45,993 bases of DNA from Aquiluna sp. (GTDB lineage Bacteria > Actinomycetota > Actinomycetes > Actinomycetales > Microbacteriaceae): NCBI GenBank assembly GCA_036554355.1, contig DATBNK010000066.1, forward strand, positions 1 to 45,993. The letters run 5' to 3'. The translations under genes and the position numbers were made by a program. This document shows, in pieces, positions 18,427 through 28,030 of the stretch. Every line of letters starts with the position of its first letter. The first letter of the stretch is position 1. The notes under the pieces are model-generated. The model saw nothing but the letters and a program-made list of their open reading frames with translations, searched no databases and was not told the origin of the DNA.

Positions 18427-21274
18427 GCTGCACCGCCTTTGCAAGCAGTAGCTGGCAGCTACCATCCTCAGCGCAGTGCGACGAGATGCTGGCTGCGAAC
18501 TGATCAGAACCGATTTCACTTGCCGCTCTGGCTAGCAGCTCATTGATACTCTCTAGCGCTTCACCAGCAAGTTCCGGCTGTTCAATGACCTTGAGTGAAT
18601 CGGAGCCAACAGAAACGATCTTGGCTCCCGCGACTTTGGTGCCTTCTGCCTGCAGCGCTAGTTGATACAGCGCTAGTTGGCGGTTTGCTATCACCTCCGC
18701 TTGGGTCGGAGGGGTCTTGCCCGTCTTTAGATCGACCACCAAAGAACTCGATTCGACACTTTCGACCCGATCGATTTTTCCCGAAACGGTTAGGTTTCCG
18801 ACTTTGAGCTCAAATGACTTTTCGGCCGCTACCAGGTCATTGGCCTGGCCTAAATACTGGGTCATAAGCGCAATCATTTTTGCGCTTCGTCTTAGTTGAG
18901 ATAGCTCCTGCCACTTCGACTCAAATTCGAGGGTGTGCCAATTGGACTGTATGAAATCGTTTAGCTCAACGCCTTGCGAGCTGGCTTCGAGTGCAGCATG
19001 CAGCAAGGTTCCCAGCGACGCTTGGAAATTAGAGGTCTGGCCCCCAAAGGTCTGAATAAACCAGTGCAGTGGGCACCTCTCAAACGCCTCGAGCTTTGAT
19101 GCGCTAATCCGAAGCTCTTCGTCCCCTGCCACCACCGGTTCACTTGTCGATATCTGCTGCAAGCCCTGCCAGTTTCTCGGGTGGGCTCCGGGCACCCCTG
19201 CAAGGCTTAGGGCGGCAAGCGAAGCTATGGCAATGCTGTCACCACTGAGGGCCTGAGCCCTGAGCTTTCCAACTTTGCGCCTGAGATCAAAATCAATTTC
19301 GTCCTCGTTGTTATTGCCTGAAATCGAGAACATCGTGAAGAACTGCGAGGGTTGCTCGTCCTGAGCACTCATTGCTGAGAGCAAGAGTTTGGATCGGTGA
19401 GCTCCGACGGCCTTGTAGAACCCTCGCAGCTCATCTGCCAACTCATTGCCAGCCGGCTGGTCTGGGCTGAGCGATCTTCCAAGTAAAAAGGACTGCAGGC
19501 TGCTGGCGCCAAGCAGTGAGCTTCTGGGCTTTAGGTTTGGCCAAATACCCTCCTGGAGCCTTGGGATAGCCAACACCTCGTAACTATTGCCCGCTAACTG
19601 CGCACTTGTGGTGAGTGTTACCGAGGACCGAAGCCCAATTGGCGCAAGCGAGTCCTCCGGGATCGAAAGCTGTAGCTGATTGGCAACAAACTCCTTGGCA
19701 TCGCCCCCGGCACGCAAATCAAAGCGCTGCGCTGCTGCGAACAGTTCCAGCAGAGCATCCAGATCACGGCCAGCAGCCAGCGCCACCGAGCTTCGAGATC
19801 TTGAGAGGGTCTTGAGCCGTTCGAGGTTTATCAGCTCGCTTGCAAGACTCACAAATTGGTAAGCGGTAACGCTGCCAAGATTTGCGATTCTGTATCGCGC
19901 CTCTGTCACTTTGTTCAACGCCTTGATTTCAAAGAAATCGGCATCTATCAACTCTTCGAACAGGCCCTGTTGCAGCTGAGTGCGAGAGAGTCCCTGATTC
20001 TCGGGGAGCTGGTTCAGCTCGCGAAACAACCTGCGAATGCCGAGCGCGTCTAGACCAATCAGCGGTGAGTATAGAAGTTGTTCGCGATCCAAAAATGAAT
20101 CTGGCTGATAGACAAGCTGACCAAACTCCAGGATCGCCCGGGCTGCCGGTTGGTTCCTCAGAGCCTGCTGCACGCCAACGATTCGAACCGGAACGTTTCT
20201 AGCGCTGAGGTCGTTGGCCAGTTGATCGAGCTGGGTCCTGGTCCTAGCAACAACCGCCATCTGGTTCCAGTCGATTTGATCAATAAGTTTTGCCCTGCGC
20301 AGCTGCGCTGCAAGCCAGTCGGCCTCGGAGGACTGGTTATCAAAAAACTCAGCGGTGAAATGGGCAGCCGGATTGCCCTTTGGGCGATGCGAATAGGCCA
20401 GCGAGGTGGGGATTCTCCCAGAGATGCGCTGCAGCAAAGAGAGCTTTTGGGCTGTGGCGTTGGCCTGTGGCAATGCCAGCTGAGAGAAGTTAGCAAACTG
20501 AGCAACAAAGGACTCTGCCCCAGACCTAAAGCCCAGCACAGCCGCATCTGGATCGCCAAAGACAAATGAGGTCGCGCTCTCACTGAGAGCGGCCACAAGC
20601 TTCATGCCGGCGGGAGATAGATCCTGAGCATCATCCACCAGCAAATACTTTGGTGGGTCAATTGCAGCTAGCTCATCAAGGGCGTGCACCAAAAGCTCTG
20701 AGGGGTCGAGCGCATTCTGCTTCGCCAGCTCCTGTCGATATCCGGGGAGTAGGTCGATTGCGACCTGGAGCTTTGATTTTGGATACTCGAGCTGGAGTTT
20801 TTTCAGCTCCTCTAAGCCCAGCTGGTTCTCAATGACTACCGCGAGTAGGTCTCTAACCTCGTTTTGGAACCCCTGTAGTTCGCAACTGAGCGCATCGATA
20901 CTCCAAGCTAGATGTTGCTTTTTAGAAACCGCGTTTGCAATCAGCTCGGCAACCAAGGCCTGCTGGGAAGCGCCGGAAAACAGCTTGAGATCTGGGTTTT
21001 TCTGACTCAACACCCAAAATGCAAACGAGGAGATTGAGCGGGCACGAACGTTGTTTGCAGCCAATAAGGACCGCGCGCCAATTTGGTCACGAAGTGAATT
21101 GGCAGCCAGGCGCGAGGGTGTCAGCACCAAAATCTCTTCGGGGGTTACACCTAGGTTTTCAAGTTCTGAAACCAGTTGAATCAGCGCGGTTGTTTTTCCG
21201 GAACCGGGAGAGCCCAGAATCACTGAGCTGACCGAAGAGTCTAATTCGGTTCTGCCCAGAGAGATTTTTGCCAT
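18419..21274 (-). CDS. adnA: AdnA helicase-nuclease subunit
   Basis: GSPGSGKT, LVDDAQD, GDPD, LQEGIWPNL; C-terminal RCPLHWF..GKIDRVE..VDLKTG..QLALYQ; tandem with adnB. Confidence 0.87.
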   Translation of the reverse strand: MAKISLGRTELDSSVSSVILGSPGSGKTTALIQLVSELENLGVTPEEILVLTPSRLAANSLRDQIGARSLLAANNVRARSISSFAFWVLSQKNPDLKLFSGASQQALVAELIANAVSKKQHLAWSIDALSCELQGFQNEVRDLLAVVIENQLGLEELKKLQLEYPKSKLQVAIDLLPGYRQELAKQNALDPSELLVHALDELAAIDPPKYLLVDDAQDLSPAGMKLVAALSESATSFVFGDPDAAVLGFRSGAESFVAQFANFSQLALPQANATAQKLSLLQRISGRIPTSLAYSHRPKGNPAAHFTAEFFDNQSSEADWLAAQLRRAKLIDQIDWNQMAVVARTRTQLDQLANDLSARNVPVRIVGVQQALRNQPAARAILEFGQLVYQPDSFLDREQLLYSPLIGLDALGIRRLFRELNQLPENQGLSRTQLQQGLFEELIDADFFEIKALNKVTEARYRIANLGSVTAYQFVSLASELINLERLKTLSRSRSSVALAAGRDLDALLELFAAAQRFDLRAGGDAKEFVANQLQLSIPEDSLAPIGLRSSVTLTTSAQLAGNSYEVLAIPRLQEGIWPNLKPRSSLLGASSLQSFLLGRSLSPDQPAGNELADELRGFYKAVGAHRSKLLLSAMSAQDEQPSQFFTMFSISGNNNEDEIDFDLRRKVGKLRAQALSGDSIAIASLAALSLAGVPGAHPRNWQGLQQISTSEPVVAGDEELRISASKLEAFERCPLHWFIQTFGGQTSNFQASLGTLLHAALEASSQGVELNDFIQSNWHTLEFESKWQELSQLRRSAKMIALMTQYLGQANDLVAAEKSFELKVGNLTVSGKIDRVESVESSSLVVDLKTGKTPPTQAEVIANRQLALYQLALQAEGTKVAGAKIVSVGSDSLKVIEQPELAGEALESINELLARAASEIGSDQFAASISSHCAEDGSCQLLLAKAVQHG

Positions 21275-21280
21275 TTGATT

Positions 21281-21302
21281 AATCTAGGGGCGAAGGGTGA
21301 CA
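21281..21302 (-). promoter_or_regulatory. RecA-NDp/PafBC-type DNA-damage promoter of adnAB
   Basis: Minus strand TGTCAC-N10-TAGATT-N6-ATG. Confidence 0.6.
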
Positions 21303-21341
21303 TTTTATTGTCGTAACCTATAGGCCTTAGCAAGGAGAGTA

Positions 21342-21566
21342 ATGGAAGTACGCATCGGCATCAGAGAAAACGGCAGAGACCTGACATTTGAGTCTCCCTT
21401 GAGCGCCAAAGAGCTCACTGAGAAAATCAGCGACGCCATCGCAAAGAGTGCTCCGCTAGTTGAGTTGAGCGATGACAAAGACAAGACGATGCTGGTTCCC
21501 ACCGCCTCGATTGCCTATGTCGAAATTGGCTCAGATCAAAACCGCAGAGTGGGATTCATTTCCTAA
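21342..21566 (+). CDS. DUF3107 family protein
   Basis: MEVRIGI..RDL...IAYVEIG..RRVGF; SD AAGGAG. Confidence 0.9.
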   Translation: MEVRIGIRENGRDLTFESPLSAKELTEKISDAIAKSAPLVELSDDKDKTMLVPTASIAYVEIGSDQNRRVGFIS

Positions 21567-21865
21567 TGGAACTGGCAGTAATTTTTGTCTACGCCCTCTT
21601 GCTGGCGCTGGTAGCACCATTCGTGCTTCCAAAATCAGACTTCTACGGCAAATTGGTGCCCTTTAGCCTGGCACTGGGCTCGGGCTCATTGCTGTGGCTA
21701 TTGTTCACCTGGCTCGGCTTTGACTACCAGGCGGCTTGGATTTGGTTCATTGTGATGCTCGGGATGCCGGCAGCGACTTGGTTTGCGGTTGGCTTTTTAC
21801 ACAAGACCCGTGAGGAACAAGAGGCTGCGGAGCTGCAGTCACTCCGACTACGCGGTAAGGCCTAA
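21566..21865 (+). CDS. Small hypothetical membrane protein (3 TM)
   Basis: Three hydrophobic segments; TAATG coupling to the DUF3107 gene. Confidence 0.75.
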   Translation: MELAVIFVYALLLALVAPFVLPKSDFYGKLVPFSLALGSGSLLWLLFTWLGFDYQAAWIWFIVMLGMPAATWFAVGFLHKTREEQEAAELQSLRLRGKA

Positions 21866-22606
21866 GCGGTCCATCCGCAGCGTGTGCTCTGAGATCAACT
21901 CAGAGGTGAATGGCTCTAGGACCCTGAACTGCTCCCTTGCCAACTCGGTTGGATCGGTGGGACGCGGATCTGGCAGAAGAGCATCCAGACTCACCGAATC
22001 CCTGACCTCTAAAAGCGCATCTGCGACAACCATGCGACCAAACATTGCTAACCGGCCAGTGATTTCTGGATTCTCGGCAATGGCCTTTTCCAACTCGTCC
22101 TGACAAAAGCTCTGCAGCGAGTTATCCAGCATCAAAGTCTCGATCTTGATGCGTTTTGCCGGAGAAAGTCCCTTGGCGACCTGCTGCAAGGAATCTTCCA
22201 GGATGCCAAACACGATGTAGATGCGCATCAGATCCTCGTGCCAACCAAGACCCTCGGTGCGCTGGACCAAAAGGTCAAGACGGTCTCGAATCTCGGCCTG
22301 CAGGTCCATCTCGCTCGCGCCACCTTTGACGATCAGTGCCTCGATCTCCTCGGCCCGCTCCTTGTATTTCTTGGAGATCGCAAGTTGACGCTCGCGAATC
22401 TCGGGGGTTGGCGCATTTAGCGAATCATCCTGCATCAGATAAGCGATGGCGAGCTGCACCTGAGCGAAGTGGGATAGGTAAACGTTATTGGGTGGGGTAA
22501 GCTTTGAAGGGTTCAGCTGGACTTGGCTACGGCCGCTACCGGATTCCCGGGAGGGAAGCGAAAACTTCCCCGACACCTTGCGTATTCTTCGAAACCAATC
22601 CAGCAC
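21848..22606 (-). CDS. Ferritin-like fold protein (MiaE_2 family)
   Basis: Helical; WHEDL..YI..GILED, RLAMFGRMVVADAL, HTLRMDRLGLTA; divergent from the DEAD helicase as in other actinobacteria. Confidence 0.82.
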   Translation of the reverse strand: MLDWFRRIRKVSGKFSLPSRESGSGRSQVQLNPSKLTPPNNVYLSHFAQVQLAIAYLMQDDSLNAPTPEIRERQLAISKKYKERAEEIEALIVKGGASEMDLQAEIRDRLDLLVQRTEGLGWHEDLMRIYIVFGILEDSLQQVAKGLSPAKRIKIETLMLDNSLQSFCQDELEKAIAENPEITGRLAMFGRMVVADALLEVRDSVSLDALLPDPRPTDPTELAREQFRVLEPFTSELISEHTLRMDRLGLTA

Positions 22607-22673
22607 CCGCCAAGCTTATAACCAAGGCAAGCAACACAGTAAAGAGCTGCTTGCAAACATTACGGAGAAATTT

Positions 22674-24002
22674 TTGAGTTTTACTTCACTGGGCATCGAC
22701 GACGACATTTTAGAAGCCCTACATTCCAGAGGAATCACCGACCCATTCCCAATCCAGCAAGAAGCTATTCCGGTAGCGCTATCTGGTTCTGACGTGATTG
22801 GCCAGGCCAAGACCGGAACCGGAAAAACCCTGGGATTCGGTCTGCCACTGATTCAATCCCTTGGTAAAAACCCCGAGCCCTATGTTCAGGGCTTGGTAGT
22901 TGTCCCAACTAGAGAGTTAGCACTGCAGGTCTTTGAAGATCTAGAGCTTGCAACATCCAACCGCGATTGCGGTGTTGTCGCAATCTATGGCGGCAAGGCT
23001 TACGAGGGCCAGATTGCTGCGCTGAAGGCGGGTGCCCAGATCGTGGTTGGAACACCGGGTCGACTTTTGGATCTTGCCAAGCAAAAACTTATGGACCTTT
23101 CGAAGGTCAAGTTCATGGTGCTGGACGAGGCAGACGAGATGCTGGATCTTGGCTTCTTGCCAGATGTTGAAAAGCTGTTCTCCCTCACCCCACCAGAGCG
23201 CCAGACCATGCTGTTCTCGGCGACCATGCCGGCACAGATTCTGAATCTGGCTCGCAGGTATCAAAACAAGCCAATCCACATTCGTGTCTCCGACCCAGAT
23301 GAGGGAAAGACCAAGGCTGATATCAAGCAGTTTGTCTACCGAGCGCACTCGCTAGACAAAGACGAGATTGTCGGACGCATTCTGCAGGCCGAAGGCCGTG
23401 GCAAGACCGTCATCTTTGTCCGCACCAAGCGTGCGAGCGCCAAGGTCGCCGAAGAGCTGATGGACCGCGGCTTCAAGGCCGCCCCGCTGCATGGAGATAT
23501 GTCCCAGGAAGCCAGAGAGCGCTCAATGGTCTCGTTCCGCGAGGGCAAAAAAGAAATCTTGGTAGCAACTGAGGTGGCAGCTCGAGGAATTGACGTCGAT
23601 GACGTTACCCACGTGATTAACTACTCGGTCCCCGAGGACGAAAAGGCCTACCTGCACCGCATTGGTCGCACCGGCCGAGCTGGAAAGCTCGGTGTTGCTG
23701 TGACGTTTGTGGACTGGGAGGACATGGCTCGCTGGGTCCACATCAATCGCGAACTTGACCTTGGAATGCCAGAGCCAGTAGAGACCTACTCCAGCTCAAA
23801 GCACTTTTTGGAAGAGCTCAAGATTCCAGAGGGCATCAAGGGCAGGCTTTCACGAAAGATTGAGCAGCCCGTTAGAGCAAAATCCCCGCAGCAAAATCGT
23901 GGATCTAAGCCTCGCGAGGGTGCAGCAGCCGCTCCAGCTAGACCGGCTCGTCAGCGCCAGCGCAACCGAAACTACAAAAACGCCTCAAAGCCTGAAGCCT
24001 GA
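22674..24002 (+). CDS. DEAD-box RNA helicase (RhlE/Rv3211-like)
   Basis: Q motif PFPIQ, AKTGTGKT, PTRELA, DEAD, SAT, HRIGRTGRAG. Start moved to TTG 22674 after SD GGAG. Confidence 0.95.
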   Translation: MSFTSLGIDDDILEALHSRGITDPFPIQQEAIPVALSGSDVIGQAKTGTGKTLGFGLPLIQSLGKNPEPYVQGLVVVPTRELALQVFEDLELATSNRDCGVVAIYGGKAYEGQIAALKAGAQIVVGTPGRLLDLAKQKLMDLSKVKFMVLDEADEMLDLGFLPDVEKLFSLTPPERQTMLFSATMPAQILNLARRYQNKPIHIRVSDPDEGKTKADIKQFVYRAHSLDKDEIVGRILQAEGRGKTVIFVRTKRASAKVAEELMDRGFKAAPLHGDMSQEARERSMVSFREGKKEILVATEVAARGIDVDDVTHVINYSVPEDEKAYLHRIGRTGRAGKLGVAVTFVDWEDMARWVHINRELDLGMPEPVETYSSSKHFLEELKIPEGIKGRLSRKIEQPVRAKSPQQNRGSKPREGAAAAPARPARQRQRNRNYKNASKPEA

Positions 24003-24841
24003 TCGATAATTCGCTCGAGCATCTCGGGGCTGGTCTGGTTCTCTCCCAGTCGATTGTCCTTGCCGGTTAGGCCGTGGTAGTCGCTCGAGCCCGTGACAAT
24101 CAGGTTGTGCTTGAGGGCAAGTTGCTCCAGCCACTTTTTCGCAGGATCCGGAACCGAGCGATGGTAGACCTCAATGCCGTCAAGCCCAGCTTGAATTAGC
24201 TGTTCAAAGTGCTCGGTGGGCAGGTCCTGCACCGAGGCACCCGCTGGAAAATCAATTAGCGGGTGAGCGATCACCGAGACTCCCCCGGCCTTTCGAATTA
24301 GCGCAATCGCCTCGAGGGTGTCCAGCGAGTGATCTGAGACGTAGTACTTCGACCTGTTGTGAAGTATTGAGGTGAAGGCATCGGAGCGAGTGGGCACTAT
24401 CCCTGCGCTCACCATTGCATCAGCAATTGCGGGACGCCCAATGGTTGCCCCTGGTTCAAGCTCGGCTTGGACCAGCTCCCAGGTGATGGGGTAATCCTCA
24501 GCCAACAGCTCCACCATTTTTTTGGCCCTTGAAATTCTCGAGGTTCGGGTTTTTTCAAGCTCTTGGAAAAGCGCTTGATTGTTTGGGTCGGGCAGGTAGG
24601 CGAGCATGTGAACGCTGATTCTTCGACCCGAGGAGATCAACTGCCTGGTCGAAACCTCAATACCTGGAACCAGACCAATTTTGTGGGAGCGGGCCGCTAT
24701 TAGCGCCTCTTCCCAGCCCGCGGTGGTGTCGTGATCGGTGATCGCAAGAACGCTTATGCCATTGGCTTTGGCGTTTGCAACTAATTCGGTGGGAGTATCT
24801 TTGCCATCAGATTTAGTTGAGTGCGCATGTAGGTCGATCAC
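23972..24841 (-). CDS. PHP-family phosphoesterase (TrpH/YciV-like)
   Basis: DLHAHS..SDG, ITDHD, HMLAY, GRPAIA, AHP, GSSDYHG. Confidence 0.9.
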   Translation of the reverse strand: MIDLHAHSTKSDGKDTPTELVANAKANGISVLAITDHDTTAGWEEALIAARSHKIGLVPGIEVSTRQLISSGRRISVHMLAYLPDPNNQALFQELEKTRTSRISRAKKMVELLAEDYPITWELVQAELEPGATIGRPAIADAMVSAGIVPTRSDAFTSILHNRSKYYVSDHSLDTLEAIALIRKAGGVSVIAHPLIDFPAGASVQDLPTEHFEQLIQAGLDGIEVYHRSVPDPAKKWLEQLALKHNLIVTGSSDYHGLTGKDNRLGENQTSPEMLERIIDQASGFEAFL

Positions 24842-24858
24842 AGGAGCAGAATAGTCCC
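24842..24858. promoter_or_regulatory. 17-bp bidirectional leaderless promoter (overlapping -10 elements)
   Basis: Minus strand TATTCT-N6-GTG; plus strand CAGAAT-N6-ATG. Confidence 0.55.
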
Positions 24859-26244
24859 ATGGCTAAAAAGAAAAACGCGACCAACCGTTCTCGCACCCCA
24901 CACTCCAAAGAATTTCTGAAATTCATCGCTAGCGATTGGGCAGAAAATCCAACGCCACTGCCGCCGCTGCACGAGGTCGCGCCCTTTGCCAAGGCCAGAC
25001 GAGAAAAGCTCGCCAAGGCGTTTGCCGGTCACGTGATTGTGATCGAAGCATCTCTTCCCAGGGTCAGATCTAACGACACCGACTATCGCTATCGACCCTC
25101 AACCGCCTTCACCCACCTAACCGGCTGGGGATCTCAGGCCGTGCCAGGCTCAGTTTTGGTGATTGACGCCAGAAAGAAGACGGCCAAGTCCACTCTTTAT
25201 TTGATGCCAACCGCAGGCAAGGACAGCGATGAATTCTTCGCTAACCCTGCAATTGGAGAATTCTGGGTGGGCCAAAGGCCAACCCTCGAGGAAATCGAAG
25301 CCTCGCTTGGAATCAAAACCGCCGACATCAAAAAGCTAGAAAAGCACCGCGAAAAATTTCAAAAGGTTTTGACCGAGAAATCCCCGAAACTAAAGGTTTT
25401 CCTCTCGGAAATGCGCTTTGTGAAGGACGATTACGAGATTGCAGAGATGCGCAAGGCAGTAGCGGCAAGCATCTCGGGTTTTGAAGATATCGCGAGAAAC
25501 CTAAAGCGTGCGACAACCCTCAAGCGCGGCGAACGGGTGATTGAGGGTGCCTTTTTCGCCAGGGCACGACTCGAAGGTCACGATCTTGGCTATGAGACCA
25601 TCGCTGCCTCTGGAGCAAATGCCTGCATCCTGCACTGGACCAAAAATGATGGTGAGGTCATCGATGGTGATCTGATTTTGGTTGACGCTGGCGTAGAGGT
25701 CGACTCCCTCTACACCGCTGATATCACCAGAACCTTGCCAATCAACGGCAAGTTCAGCAAGGAGCAGCGCTTTGTCTACCAGGCCGTTTTAGAGGCAGCG
25801 GATGCCGCATTCGCGGTGGCAAAACCGGGGGTGAAGTTCCGCGACGTCCACAACGCAGCGATGGAGGTCATTGCCGCCAAGGTCTCAGAGCTCGGACTGA
25901 TTCCTGTGAGCGCTGAGGATGCCCTAAAGCCCGACAACCAGCACCACCGCAGATTCATGGTTCACGGCACCAGTCACCACTTAGGGATTGATGTCCACGA
26001 TTGCGCCCAGGCAAGACGAGAGATGTATCAAGACGGGATCTTGGAAGAGGGGATGATCTTCACGATCGAACCCGGACTCTATTTCCACAAAGACGATCTG
26101 AAAGTTCCGGAGAACTACCGAGGCATCGGTGTCAGAATCGAAGACGACGTTCTGGTTACCAAGGACGGTGTCGAGAACCTCTCCAATGCTTTGCCAAGAG
26201 ATCCCGATGCCCTAGAGGCTTGGCTCCAAAACTACTCTGATTGA
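24859..26244 (+). CDS. pepP: Xaa-Pro aminopeptidase (M24B)
   Basis: RSNDTDYRYR, DAGVE..YTADITRT, HGTSHHLG, EPGLY, RIEDD. Start moved to ATG 24859. Confidence 0.92.
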   Translation: MAKKKNATNRSRTPHSKEFLKFIASDWAENPTPLPPLHEVAPFAKARREKLAKAFAGHVIVIEASLPRVRSNDTDYRYRPSTAFTHLTGWGSQAVPGSVLVIDARKKTAKSTLYLMPTAGKDSDEFFANPAIGEFWVGQRPTLEEIEASLGIKTADIKKLEKHREKFQKVLTEKSPKLKVFLSEMRFVKDDYEIAEMRKAVAASISGFEDIARNLKRATTLKRGERVIEGAFFARARLEGHDLGYETIAASGANACILHWTKNDGEVIDGDLILVDAGVEVDSLYTADITRTLPINGKFSKEQRFVYQAVLEAADAAFAVAKPGVKFRDVHNAAMEVIAAKVSELGLIPVSAEDALKPDNQHHRRFMVHGTSHHLGIDVHDCAQARREMYQDGILEEGMIFTIEPGLYFHKDDLKVPENYRGIGVRIEDDVLVTKDGVENLSNALPRDPDALEAWLQNYSD

Positions 26245-26744
26245 GCTTGGGAGAGCGCCTTGGTTGCCTCAGAGGCTTCTTCCGATGGCACAATCACCTC
26301 GTAGCGAGAAGCGACCGGCATCTGAGTGCTGAGGTAACCGCGCTTGGATTTTGAAAAAGCAAATCTCAAGATATTGATCAGCATGCCAATGCCAGCGGCA
26401 ACTATCAAAACGGCTGCAAAAGTCTGGGGTTGGTAAGTGGCCGCCCCATCTGGCGTAGTTGTGAAACCTACTCCCAGCAGTAGAGCAAAGATCAACCCGA
26501 GCCAAAATCCAGTTAGTGAGCCCGAAAGCGCAACTCGGCCATAGCCGAGCTTGGAACGAACACTTTCAACAATCACCGGGTCATGACCCACGATTGAAAT
26601 CTTGGCTGCTGGAAAGTCGCCCTGCACCAACCTGGTTACCATCGCGCTGGCATCTTGATAGTTCTGGAACTCCCCGACGGTGTGACCGCGAGGAATTCGG
26701 GGGCCGGATTGCTTCTTACGGCCCGAATTCATCAGATCGCTCAT
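26232..26744 (-). CDS. General stress protein 17M-like membrane protein
   Basis: YQDA...L...FP..KISIVG, two TMs, ASRYEVIV. Start likely ATG 26744. Confidence 0.8.
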   Translation of the reverse strand: MSDLMNSGRKKQSGPRIPRGHTVGEFQNYQDASAMVTRLVQGDFPAAKISIVGHDPVIVESVRSKLGYGRVALSGSLTGFWLGLIFALLLGVGFTTTPDGAATYQPQTFAAVLIVAAGIGMLINILRFAFSKSKRGYLSTQMPVASRYEVIVPSEEASEATKALSQAQSE

Positions 26745-26791
26745 GAGGGCATTGTTCCATGGATTAACCTTTCGCAATTAGGGTTATCTCT

Positions 26792-28030
26792 GTGAGCGCA
26801 ACCAGAGTCTTCGTAGCCAGATTGGCTGGCTGTGGCGTTTTTGACCCACTCGGAGACAGGGTTGGCAAAGTCATCGACGTGCTGATGACGTATCGAAAAA
26901 CCCTCCCGCCAAGAGCTATTGGATTTGTAATTGAGATCTCTGGTCGTCGCAGAGTCTTTTTGCCGGTGGCCAGAGTCACCGCAATTGCTCCGGGTCAGCT
27001 GATCACAAACGGTCTTATCGACCTGCGCCGCTTTAACCAAAAAGGCCAAGAAACCAGAGCAATTGCGGAGATGCTCGGCCGCAAGGTAACGCTGATCTCG
27101 TCTGGCATTCAAGCCACCATCGAAGACTTTTCCATCGAGCGCTCGAAGCGTGGCGAGTGGGTATTGGCAGAGCTCTTTGTCAGAAAACCAAAGACCTCAG
27201 CGCTGCCCTTTGCCAAGGGAGCCACCGAGTTTGTCTCCTGGAGTGAAGTCTCAGAGGACAAGGAAGACCCGAGCGAGCAAGATGCTCAGCAGCTGCTCTC
27301 CACCGTTGCAGACCTGCGTCCTGCCGACTTGGCGACAGCTGTGCTAGACCTTCCAGAAGAACGAATGCTTGCGCTAGCGGGAAACCTCAATGATGAGCGC
27401 TTGGCAGACCTGCTCGAGGAGCTGCCCGAAGAAGAGCAGCTCGAAATCATGAATGAGCTTGACGATGAGCGAGCCGCAGAGGTTTTGGATCTCATGGGCC
27501 CCGACGATGCCGCCGACCTGATGGCAAACCTCTCTGCAGAGCGTGCTGAGGTCCTATTGGAACTGATGGATGATGAAGAGGCCGAAGACATCAGGGCTCT
27601 TTTGCAGTACGAGCCCTATACCGCCGGCGGAATGATGACCCCGGAGCCGATTGTTTGTGCTGCCGACACCACCGTGGCCGAGGCAATGGCGCTTATTAGA
27701 CGCCGCGAAGTCGAACCGGTTTTGGCGGCGCAGGTGTTTGTGACTCTGCCCCCCTACGAGCCGCCAACCGGGAAGTATCTCGGAGTGGTCTACTTCCAAA
27801 AGCTGCTTCGCTATCCACCGCACGAAAGGCTCAGCTCGCTAATTGACACCGAGCTGGAGGCAATCACAGCGGATACTTCGATCTCTCAAATCCACCGTGA
27901 CCTTGCGAGTTATGACCTGGTGGCGTTGCCGGTAGTTGATGAAGGGAATCACCTAATAGGTGCTGTCACAGTCGATGACGTCTTGGACCACCTGCTTCCG
28001 GATGACTGGCGAAGTGAGGAGGATGCCTGA
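26792..28030 (+). CDS. MgtE intracellular-domain protein (PRC barrel + MgtE_N + CBS pair; no TM domain)
   Basis: RVFVARLAG..VFDPLGD, acidic LADLLEELPE repeats, TAGGMMTPEP, GAVTVDDVLDHLLPDDWR. Confidence 0.88.
   Translation: MSATRVFVARLAGCGVFDPLGDRVGKVIDVLMTYRKTLPPRAIGFVIEISGRRRVFLPVARVTAIAPGQLITNGLIDLRRFNQKGQETRAIAEMLGRKVTLISSGIQATIEDFSIERSKRGEWVLAELFVRKPKTSALPFAKGATEFVSWSEVSEDKEDPSEQDAQQLLSTVADLRPADLATAVLDLPEERMLALAGNLNDERLADLLEELPEEEQLEIMNELDDERAAEVLDLMGPDDAADLMANLSAERAEVLLELMDDEEAEDIRALLQYEPYTAGGMMTPEPIVCAADTTVAEAMALIRRREVEPVLAAQVFVTLPPYEPPTGKYLGVVYFQKLLRYPPHERLSSLIDTELEAITADTSISQIHRDLASYDLVALPVVDEGNHLIGAVTVDDVLDHLLPDDWRSEEDA

Noticed and set aside
15376-21274. Helicase-nuclease anti-phage or Cas4-like system
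   Set aside because: Matches the core AdnAB repair pair in its usual context; no CRISPR repeats seen in the window.
22488-22673. N-terminal extensions in the ORF track (DEAD helicase; likewise murI, adnB, pepP, tatB, dapD, DUF3515, sua5)
   Set aside because: Most overlap neighbouring genes; downstream starts match family N-termini and have SD or -10 support.
23566-23592. DEAD helicase motif V reads ATEVAARG instead of ATDVAARG
   Set aside because: Conservative substitution; all other motifs are intact.
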